Made by a program: the position numbers and the translations under genes
In this document: one piece after another, positions 13,701-25,700 of the stretch
Position numbering within the stretch: the first letter of the stretch is position 1
How the letters are laid out: each line of letters opens with the position of its first letter
Assembly (NCBI GenBank): GCA_964016885.1
Contig: OZ024742.1
Span: forward strand, 243,474,001-243,538,000
Reading direction: 5' to 3'
DNA: 64,000 nt
Origin: Eledone cirrhosa
Taxonomy: Eukaryota
The notes under the pieces: model-generated
What the model saw: only the letters and a program-made list of their open reading frames with translations
Database searches by the model: none
Told to the model about the DNA's origin: nothing

Positions 13701-16700
13701 TGATCTGTTGTTGTTGTTTTTTTAATGAAAATGTAGAGGATAGAGTAATTGTCAAAGTTAAAAACAATTGCACATAACTAAAAATTAACAGCAATGATAG
13801 ACACTAACGGTTTTTGATGAGTGGCTCTGTAAAGAAGTACTTAAGTACATTGTAGGCTTTCTCACATTTCACTTTGATTACTTCTTCCCCCACTTTCATT
13901 ACTGCATGACACAATCAGCAACTCACTTCTAGTAGTTGAACAGTAACTTAGATGCTAAAAACTTTTCAAAAGAAATAGTAGGGGAGGGGGCTATGAGTGG
14001 GATGATATTATGCTTGTGAAGATGTATGACTGTATGTGATGTACCAAACAGCATATATTTCAGTGCTTGTAAATATGTATAAAATTTACCAAGCAGCATT
14101 TATTTGATAACATTAAACCATGCTTGATACAATTCTGAAACTCTTAAACAATTTTCCAATGAACCCTTCAAAAAGGCATATGAACTATCATGAAGTTCTT
14201 CACAAAATCCTCATTGGTACTAAAAAGTAAAAGGACTACCAGTAAAAGGCTTTAAAAAATAATGACTGATTACAACCCAAACAAGAAAAACCTAATCCTT
14301 ACTTGTGAGATATTTCAATTAAAAGTTTCTAATGCTCGCTCTAACATGAATATACATTTATATATCAAACTATAATACTATACCTTATATACAGTTAATG
14401 TGGTGTGGTAAATAAATATATACATATATACCAGGTCCGAACACAATGGAACCAAACTCCCACTATCACCTCCTCCGTCTCTCCCATCTCTCACTATTCT
14501 AACCAAATGGTGGCCCATGTGCTGGTCGCCCACGCACTAGCCACCTCGCAGCCCCAGCAGACAGAATAGATAAGGTATTTCCCCGGAGGATGGTGAGACA
14601 TGAATTATATTTTGGTTTTACATGTAAAAAATGTTTACAACACAGTTATATCCATAAAAATCCAAAAATATATATATAATCTAACAAATGATGAAAATAT
14701 CCCAATAACAATAAAATTGAAAAGTGTGCATCACATTACAACTCCTCACAACACCCATGATATAAGCATGCTCATGTCTAAACACATGCAACTATCATAT
14801 TACTATGTGAATAGTCTATTATATATCCTATTTATTAAATAATTATGCAATTAAAAACTAAATCAACATAATCAAATCATAAAATCATTTTTTAATATTT
14901 CAGTTTATCAAACATTTAACAAAATAATTTTCATAAAAAAACTACACACAATGCATCAGTGTTAAGTTAGAGGTATTAGTACTTAGTAAGTGTTGTCATA
15001 TCAAAATCAGGGTTTCAAGGGAAACAGTGTCAGGAAGTTATTAGTATTATTAAGGAAGTTTTCAAAGAACAGAATCAGTCAAGTCATAAAGTGAATTTGT
15101 TTTAGTTTTTAGGATTGTTGAGAATGAAAATTACTTTAGATAGAATAAAGAATTGGTCTTATTCAACAGAAAAATAGTACTCAATTAAAATATACAATTA
15201 CATTTTTGATAAGGATATTCAAATTGGGCAGATTTTCAGATACTAAACATCAATAAAGATTATTGCTATAAACAGAAGGAAATAACCAATACTATAGGAC
15301 CAGTACAACAGTACCCCTACTCTAAGAGAAGGCTTAACTAGAAAAGCTGAACTATAATCTATATTAGGAAATAATATGTGATTTAGATATCCATAATATA
15401 TTTGTAAATTTTTAACATACAATGACAACATTAGATGAAGAGTTAACTCCTAAATAAAGAATAAATTTTAAAGTTCAATATGTTTAGTAACAAGTTAGCA
15501 TGATGTGAAGTATGAATGTTGGAGAAAACATACAAACATAAACCAATTTAGTGAAACAGATCAAAACTGTTAGAAAGCTTTCAAAATCGAAACAGTGACA
15601 CTAAAAATACAAGTTTCCAAACATATGAGAAAGCATTATTACTGGGTTTTTAAGTCAATCGCACTTTAATAGATTTACATGCCCGACAGTAAGAAATATA
15701 CTGCACATACATATAAAACCAAATGAAAACATTTACAAATTGCTCACCATTGCAAACGCTTTCAGAAGATATTTTAGATTTTTGCTCCTCTCTGCCATTT
15801 CTGAATGAATAATAACAGCAAAATAGATCAATAAGTACCAACCATAGAGTTCCGAGAGTGCTTTACACTATTAACCAGGATTTTACACAAGGAAAATTAA
15901 TTTTCACTATTTCAAAATTAAATTGAAACAATATTCAAAAACTAAATTTCTGAAAGTCTAAATGTTCCACTTCAGTTTTATAATTGAAATACTGTAGAAA
16001 TTTCTGGGCTGGTAATAATTGTTTAAGAGGGTGAATTGACAAAATCATGAAAGAACCAGATAGAATGTCTGATAGTATTTGTTCCAGTTGTCTACAAGCT
16101 GAGTTCAAATCCTACTAAAGTTAACTTTGCCTTTACTCTTCCAAGTACCAGTCAAGGACTGAACTCAATTTTTCGCTCTTGTTCTCTTTCACTCTCTTTC
16201 TTTCTCTTATAATCAGCTATATTGCACCATGAGATATGCTACTGGAACCACCAAAAATAATTCAATGCAATACAGCAGAGAAGAGAAATTAAAAATAATG
16301 GTTGTTTAAATCTAAAACCTAATCTCAGAACGAAACATTGTAAAAAATATATCAATATATTTCAATGGAGAGACAATCTGACATTTTATGCATCAGAATA
16401 AAACGAGATCCAGCACCTCAAATAATTATTAAATGTCCTGTGATTCCATAAATAGATTTGTTTATTTGATTTTTTACATGTATAAATTACAAATATTCAA
16501 TAAAAACTATGAAAATGACCTCGTTAAATTTTAATCTGCTTTAATAACAATTTCTTGATATAACCCAAAATAAATCTACATTAAGAATTTTTTTGAGTAG
16601 TTATTAGAAAATGGGCTGCTTGATTTATAAGAATAAAGCTGTTTCAAATTTAATTAATTATGAAAATGTTTAAGAAGAGATAAATAAGAGGAACACATAT

Positions 16701-19700
16701 TAAAATAAAGTACAGTACTATTTACTGGAAATTTGGAAATTGAAAATTAAAATGCACTAATAGCAGTGTTGATAATAATTAGTACTTGCTTGTTGCAGCA
16801 GTACTGTGTTGAATTAGAAGGATTAGATAATGACTGGAAAAGAAAAAAACTGTTAAAGCAAGATTAACAGTCAAGTGTAGAATGAGAGAGAACACATTAT
16901 TAGTGTCATAATGTTTTATAAATGTGCACATTTGATATATATATACACACACATATATATATATATATACACATATATACATATATATACATATATATAC
17001 ATATATATACATATATATAAAGATATATATACATATATATACATATATATAAAGATATATATACATATATATACACAATATATACATATATACACATATA
17101 TATACACAATATATACATACACATATATATATACATATATATACACATATATATATATATACATATATATATACATATATATACACATATATATATATAC
17201 ATATATATACACATATATATATATACATATATATACACATATATATATCTACATATATATATACACATATATATATATACATATATATATATACATATAT
17301 ATATATACATATATATATACACATATATATATACACATATATATATACACATATATATATACACATATATATATACACATATATATATACACATATATAT
17401 ATACACATATATATACATACATATATATATATATACACATATACATATATATATATATATACACATATATACACATATATATACACACATATATACACAT
17501 ATATATACATACATATATATATATATACACACATATATACATAGACACACATATATATATACACACATATATACATACACACATATATATATATACACAC
17601 ATATATATACATACATACACACACATATATATATACATATATAAACACACACAGACATACACAAATAATTAATACACATGGAATATCATACCCATTAAAA
17701 CAATAAAGACCATGCAACAGATTACAAGCTGCAGTTACAGATGGGGTAGAAAGCAGAACTACTGCTACAAAAGCTGAAGAATGATCAGCAACACTACAAA
17801 GCACAGAAAGATGACAAAGGTGTTGGTGTGAACAGATGGAATGAGAGGTCGGGAGAGGTTTACCTGTTGTTTGAGGGTCAACTGCTGCACTTCCTGAGAT
17901 AGAGAGCTCATAGAGCTGGATCTAGACAGCTGGAATGGGAATCAAGTGGGCAAAACATTCATGAAACCCAAGATGGACATTGCAGATCAAGAGTAGCTCA
18001 GAATCAACTCACTATCGAGGCAATGATTGCATGCATAGATCCAAACATACATGGACATTTAACCAAAAGATAAACAGTTTTTCTTTACATTTCAATATGC
18101 TGTCTTACAAAAAATATTAATTATGGCAAAGGCCTTTTCTAACAGCAAATATAACCTTTTAACATATATGAACAATTTTAAGCATAGAATTAAAACTGTC
18201 TAGTAATAATATAGTTTCAGAATGACAAAACAAAACAGTTTGTGTAAAATATATGACTATTCTTCTTTTTTGAACCCCTAACTCTTGAAAGAGTTGTATG
18301 GGAGCACCATATTGACATAAGGTGTTTCTTGGGCATTTTTTAAACCTGGCAGAACCCATCTCCTCGCCAGGTCTGAATACAGCAGATTTCTTCCAGACAA
18401 GGATAAAGAGTGTAAAAATGGAAGTGAGAAAGAGATAGAGAGGAAGAATCAACTAGACTAATACTTTTTTTTATCAACCTTAAATGGATGAAAGGCAAAG
18501 TTGACCTTGGCAGGATTTGAACTCAGACAGCAAAGAGCTGAAATGAATACTGCAATGCATTCTATCCAACATTCTAATGACTCTGCCAATTCACCACCTA
18601 TAAATGACTATTACTTTTCATAAAACACATCATCATAAGGTCACTGAACATCAATGATCTAAGTTTAGAGAGAAGTAACAGGCTTTAACTTCTGCTCAAA
18701 ATAGAATATAGCTAAGGAATCCAGAAAGAAAATTTTCTGTCAAAAATTACACTAAGTTTCTATATCAACTGTGTGTTAAAATATGATAGCAATTCATAAA
18801 AATATTCACTAACAATTTACAGGCCAATGATACATCCTTGAAAAGCAATCAATCTAAAATCTTCCGCATTTGTGCAGCTTGCAGATATAAACTTCTAGAT
18901 GCAAAAGTAACTGAAATTATGCTGTTTTTGTTTTTGTTTTTTGGGGGGGGATTTTTTGTTTAAGAAAGTGGGTGAACCAAAATGGCAAGGCAGGAGCTTG
19001 AACATAGATGGAAGAAAATATTTTATCTTACCTCTGATAACTCTTGTTGGCTAGCTGTTTCATTTTGAGTGTTGTTAGTGGAAGCATTTGTCTCATTAAA
19101 ATTACTTGTGCCTATTAAATACAAAGATCAAAATGAAATATAACTCTCAGTGGGTATTTTCACTGTTGAAAAGAAATGCCCAAAATACTAGTTGATCAAC
19201 AACTAAGATAAAACAACAAACTATTGCTGACTAATTTAACCCTTTAACATTTAAACCAGCCATATCTGGCCAGAATTCTCTCACCTCTTTGTGGTCAAAC
19301 TGGCTGTAACAAGTCATTCATACTGATGTTAAGGTATTGTTCTCAAAATAAATAACATCAAAATCTTGTAGATACGATATTATGTGAGATAATTGATTGA
19401 GATAAAGCCATTACCATGAAAATCCAATAGTATATATAGAGTAATGTAAATGCTAAAGGGTTAAACAGTAAAAGGGCAAAGACACCCTTCAGTCAAGTCC
19501 AGGCAAGGTTGTTTATGGAAGATAAGCAGTCACCCATGTATACCAGTCTCCCCTCTCCATGCCATCGATGTTGTCTAAGGAAAAAGCAAAGGCCGATACA
19601 GCTTGTTATCAGTGACGTTGCAACTGATAAAACTGGAGCGACATGAAATAAAGTGTATTGATTTCTTAATCACAAAGGCCTGTCAGACCAGAACAGTTTT

Positions 19701-22700
19701 CAGAACATTAAGCAGATAACAGATTTAAATTATATTATATAGGGTGTCGGGTTTTATTTGAACCTATATGAAGTGATACTCAAATAAACATTCAATTAAA
19801 ATTTACATGAATGAATGACAAAATAGTTAAAAAAGATAAACCAAGTGCATCAATGTTTCCAGCTGAAAATGGGCATCTCTTTCACTTTACAACTGAAAGG
19901 TTAGTTTCAAGGAAATCACTAGGATGTACAACATCCACTCTAGCAATTAATTTATAAATATAGAACCCAGTCTATATTGTTAGCATGCAAAAGCTTTTAA
20001 AAAAAATGTTTAAGCTTTTTTTTATTTTTTGGTAGTAGGAACAAATTAAATTCTTTTTTTGTTATTATGTAATAAATTTATTGGGGAATACTCAGTCAAC
20101 ATATACATTAAATAGAAAAATACAACCACTGTAAATGTGGATGGCGTTAGGCAGGGCATCCAGCCGTAGATACCAAGCCAGAAACAGTCCTATATGAGCG
20201 ATACATGGTCATCCGACCAAACTTGCTTTTAATGGGACAAACCTGTCTAACCCATGCTAGTGTGGACAATCGTCGTTAAACGATAATGATGAAATCCCAC
20301 TAGAAGTATGTTATGAAACCATTAAAGTAAATAGAGATAGAATGATATAGAATGATAGATGATATATTTCAGGAAAACAATTCACAACATAAGTACCTTT
20401 CAAAAAAGAAATCCCCTAACTTTTGCAACAGACATTCAGTATTTCCCTTGATCAATATGAACATTTGTATTTTGTTCATGTCATGCAAAAAACCTATATT
20501 TTATAAAACATAAGATTGTGATCTTAACTAATATACATAGGGAAACTTAGTATTTAATTATTTTCTAATGAGTGCAAGCATAGCTATATGCTTCAGAAGT
20601 TTGCTTCCCAACTACTTACTTGTACTTGTGTCAACATTCACCCAGGACGGGTTGAGCCGGCTTCTTCCCTTGTCCTGACGGCATCCTGAACCATGGCAGC
20701 CCACACACGACGGTCCCAGGCTAGGTCACTGGAGATAGCGAGCCAGTCACGGTTCCATCAGCGCAGGCCGACCACCTGCGGACCTGAGAGTTCGGAGAGG
20801 GCCTCCTTGATCGTCGTTGCCCAGGTCTTCAGCTCCCCGCCAACGCGCTTGCGCCAGTTAGAGAGTGGAGGTGGGAGGAGAACATCGCGGATCAGCTTAC
20901 TCTCAGGACGCTGGGCTGTGTGACCAAACCATCTCAAGCGCTGTTGCAGAAGCACTGAAGGGGTCGAAGATTCAGGCGAAGACGAGGACTGGTGGTAGGT
21001 ACCCAATCAACGCGTCGGCAGCAAAAAATGCGGCGGAGACAGTCATTGTCGAAGACCTCCAGCCCCCGTTGATCGACTACCCTCATAGGCCATGTTTCAC
21101 AGCCATAGAGGAGGATAGTGCGAACGACGGCCTGGTAGATTCGCGCTTTGGTCACCGAGGTGATCTCTCTTCTGTCCCACAGACACTGTTGGAGGCGCCC
21201 AAAGGCGGATCTGATAGCACCTATGCGACGCTTGACCTCGGCTGCGCTCTGTCCCATTGGGACCACTGTTGAGCCTAGGTAAACGAAGGACTTTCGACTT
21301 GGCGGCATTGATTCGTAGACCAACAGCGGCGGCTGCAGTGTGCACCTTTTCGAGAGCACCCTGTACATCTGTCCCATTAGAGCCCATCAGCACGATGTCA
21401 TCCACGTAAGCCAGGTCTATCACCACAACTCTTCTCCCGACCTCTACGCCCGGGTAATCCCGGAGTGCTGTGTTGAGAGTGTAGTCAATGGCATAGTTGA
21501 AGTTGAAGAGAGTTGACGATAGCGCACACCCCTGCTGGAAACCGGTCCCAACATCGAACGACTCCGTCTCCCCACCATAGACCCTCACTCAGGCACGAGT
21601 CGACCGGTAGTAGCCTTGTATGAGACGAAGCAGCTTCACTGGGATGCCGTCCGCCTGCATTATACACCACAGGGCTTCCCGATCTACCGAGTCGAAGGCA
21701 GCTGCAAAGTCGATGAAGCAGAGGATGGTAGGTTGCTGATGTGCCCACCGTTGCTCCAGGACACGCCAGAGATTGAAGATTTGATCAACGCACCCCCTCC
21801 CCGGATGGAAGCCGCCCTGAGAAGGACGGGTACGGGCATCACGGATGGCCTAAAACCTCTTCAGCAGAAGGATTGCGAAGGTTTTGGCAGCAACATCAAT
21901 TAAACTGATACCCCTGTAGTTGGAACACAGTTTCCTGTCGCCTTTTTTGAAGAAGGGTAGGAGAGTTGCCTCGCTCCAGTCACCAGGGAACCGCTCCGTC
22001 GCCCACACCGAGGAGAAGGCTCGATGGAGCCAAGCTGCGAAGACATCAGGCTCGGCCTTGTAGACCTCAGCTGGAACGCCATCTTCGCCCGGCGCCTTGT
22101 TGTTCCAGAGATGTGTCAGGACACTACGTACCTCCTCGACTGTTGGAGGGGCAGTGCTGCACCCGTATTCTTCTCCGGAAGGCTGCACGTAGGTTGGCGT
22201 GGGTGGTGGCGGGTGGTTGAGCAGCTCGGAGAAATGGTCCCGCCTTCAGACTAGCCGGTCATTAAGATTGGTAATGACCGCCCCGTTCCGATCACGGATC
22301 GTCTCTCTGATACCCGTACTGCTTCAGCTGGCCCGCTTCACCAGTTGTTAGAGCTTGCGCGAGTCACCACAAGCTGCTGCCCTCTCCGTCTGCTCCGCAA
22401 ACTCGTGCCAGTGTGCATTCCGATCGGCCCGAATAGCCCGAGATGTGCGACGTCGGAGATATCGGCAAAAGGGGCTCTGTCAAAAATCCAAGAGGTCTCT
22501 GTTCCGGCAACCGGCAGCTTCGGATCGTTTCTGTCCCTGCGTCTGTGGAGAATCTGCGGCAAACAGGACGTTTAATTATTTTCTAATGAGTGCAAGCATA
22601 GCTATATGCTTCAGAAGTTTGCTTCCCAACTACTTACTTGTACTTGTACTTCGTTCGGGATATATATGCGGGTTTTTTGGGGACCGCTTGTGAATTCACT

Positions 22701-25700
22701 ACTCCCATGACACTTCTATGAATCCTACAAATACGAACTATGAATATGAATTGCCTTCCTGCTACGAACACAATGCAAAACAACAACGCTTCCCAACTAT
22801 ATAGATTTGATCCCCATGCATGACACCTTGGGCTTGTGCCTTCTACTATGGCCTTGGATTGACAAATAATTTGAGTGGAATTTGTGAGATGGAAAAACTA
22901 TGAAAGCCCACTGCATAAATGTGTGTTTCTGACCTATATTGGTATATTGGGGAAGAATATAAAAATCAGTGAGAACATCCTCCCACCCCCAAAAAACAGC
23001 AACATTCCTTTGTCACTCTTGCTGTCAGAATGCAATGATTAGCAGATCAGAAACCTGTAATCAACGATGCTATTATTCCCCAATTATGATATGAGAAATA
23101 AAATGTTTAGTAGATACCATAAAATGAAAGGTAAATTCCAGGAAAGCACTATAAAAAAGTTAGGTTCTTGAAGAGTGACCGAGAGGAATAAGTAGACACA
23201 AAATTAAGGACCCAGCATTGATTGTCAGTTATAACCATAAAAACCCACACATTCTAAAACCCTTCTCTATAATTCTGGAACTTTGTATGTAATCAAAATA
23301 AATCAATTATTTCAAGTGTTGATCTGTTAGCATCATGAAAACTTTCTTATACAACTTCGTGCTTTGAAAAGTATTAAAATTTTGTTAATACATAAATTTT
23401 GCTATTTCAAAATGCTGGTATAATGTAAGTTCTAAAAACAATGCTCTGTTACTTACCAGGAGGAACAAAAATAGATTGTGTTGGAGCCGCAGTAGAGGTT
23501 GGAAGCAATATATTGAATAGATTCTCAGGTACGGCTTGAGATGTTGCAGTAGGATTCATTACATCAACATACTGGTTCCTGGCACCTAGTTTAAGGAGAA
23601 AAGGGAATAATTTAACACAGGACATTCCTTAGAAATACATTATTAATACATAGATTAATAAAAACAAAACATTTCCATTTGTAAACACCATGAATAACAA
23701 TCTATAATTATAATGATGTCAAAGAGATTATGGGTTTTAATATGCAATATAAAGTGGCTTCATAAAAGAAACAGAAACATTCATCAATTATATGAGATTG
23801 AATTGACAGTATCGGTAGAGGGTCGGACATGCTTTCCAGCATAGTTACGTCCTCTTACGATCTGAGTTCATATCCTGCCGAGGTTAACTTTGCCTTTCAT
23901 CCTTACGGGGTCGATAAAATAAAGTACCAGTAATGTACTGGGTAATTGCTGGCCTTGTGCCAAATGTAGAAACAATTATATGAGAGGTTGAAATAGTACA
24001 ACTATGAGAAGGCTGAGTGAGAATTATTTTCAATATTGCAGACACATGGATTAGTGGTTAGAACATTGGCCTTGCAATCGAAAGGTTGTGAGTTCAATTC
24101 TCAAACCGGGTGATGTGTTGTTTCCTTGAGCAAGACACTTTATTTCACATTGCTCCAGTTTACTCAGCTGTAGAAATGAGATGATAGGGACTGGGGTCCA
24201 TATCATTCCACTGCAAAGTGGTCGTGGAGGTGCCACGGCAAAACACCACCCAGCACTCACTGTAAATGAGGTTGGTGTTAGGAAGAGCATCCAGCTGTAG
24301 AAATCAAGCCAGAATCAGTTCCCGTCCCACCCTTGCAAGCAGGGAAAAGCGGACGTAAAATGATGATGATGATTGCACTGTTGAATTCAAATCTTGTTAA
24401 GTTCAACTTGATCTTTAATTCCACCTTGAGTAAATAAAATAAGTACCAGTACAATATTAACATATCAACAAACTCTCTATTGTGGCAAATCAATAACACA
24501 TTTATGTATTATTTTATATCATGCATGATGTGAACAATAGTATAGGTTTCCAATAGGACAATCACTGATTTACTGCATCTTCAATGGCAAGAGTGACAAA
24601 GAAATGTTTTGTGCAACCCAGTGTGCCTGCACATATGTATGTATACACAAAATGTTGCCGACTATGGTCGCTTTACACACACACACAAGATTCAAAACAG
24701 TTTTTGTCTATCAAATTCGACAAACGAAGCATTGCTTAACTCAAAGACACTTTCCCCAAGATACTGCACTGTGAAATCAAATCCAGAAGCATGTGGTTGC
24801 AAAGTGAAATTCTGAATCACACAGCTATATCTGCACCTGTTCTTGTAGTATTCATTACTGTGAAATAGCATTAAAAGATTAAGAGAATGTGCTAAACAGA
24901 AGTGAACACATTGTAGGCAGATCATCTAAAACCAAAAAGGATTATATTTTGAGTTCTTAGCAATGTGAAACATTAAGCAAGAATATTTATTAGGTTAGAT
25001 TAAATACCTAACAGTTTAGATTAGACATGATGCTCTTTTCTATTTTTGATCCTATTGGTGATAAGATAGAAGAGGACATTTTAAGAATAAAGAATACATT
25101 TATAATACTGAATAATTTATAATCAACAAAGTAAGTAAAGTATGAGAGAGGAATTCCAAAATGTTCTACTTCAAAGTCAAACTACTCATACAGACAAAGT
25201 AGATTATTGAAGCTGTAGTGACCTACATTCCGAGGGCTCATGGATACATTCTCCGTACGTTATTTGGCTCAGTTCAGCCAATCGCTACCAGCGTAGGAGA
25301 GTGTATCTCGACTTCCGCCCAGAGGGGGGATTCCTGCGGCGATTCGAAACTCTCTCTCTCTCTTGCAGCTCGACACTATGAAAGTAAACATCTCTTGCTT
25401 TCGTTCCTTCAGGCATAGACAATATGTAGCAACAGATATCACTATGGGTCTGGCTAACGCCTCAGCCAGTTGACCGTACATTTAAACCTTTATAACCTTT
25501 TTAATGATAACATTAACTATCCTCTCAAGAGACATTATTCTAACCTTTGTAATCTGTAAATAAATTATATATAAACAATTATAAAGTCGTAAGATGCTAT
25601 TTTCCACAACATTGCTTTTAACATTTTCAATGGTGACTTCTGTGATACAATACACAAATACACACATTCTCAACACAAACATCTACTAAACAACCTCTTC

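Noticed and set aside
16779-17804. Long ORFs (341, 257 and 253 aa) rich in Y/I/C/V/M/H/T
   Set aside because: Translation artefacts of the (TA/CA)n microsatellite
24040-24120. tRNA gene
   Set aside because: The A/B boxes belong to a SINE head; no complete cloverleaf
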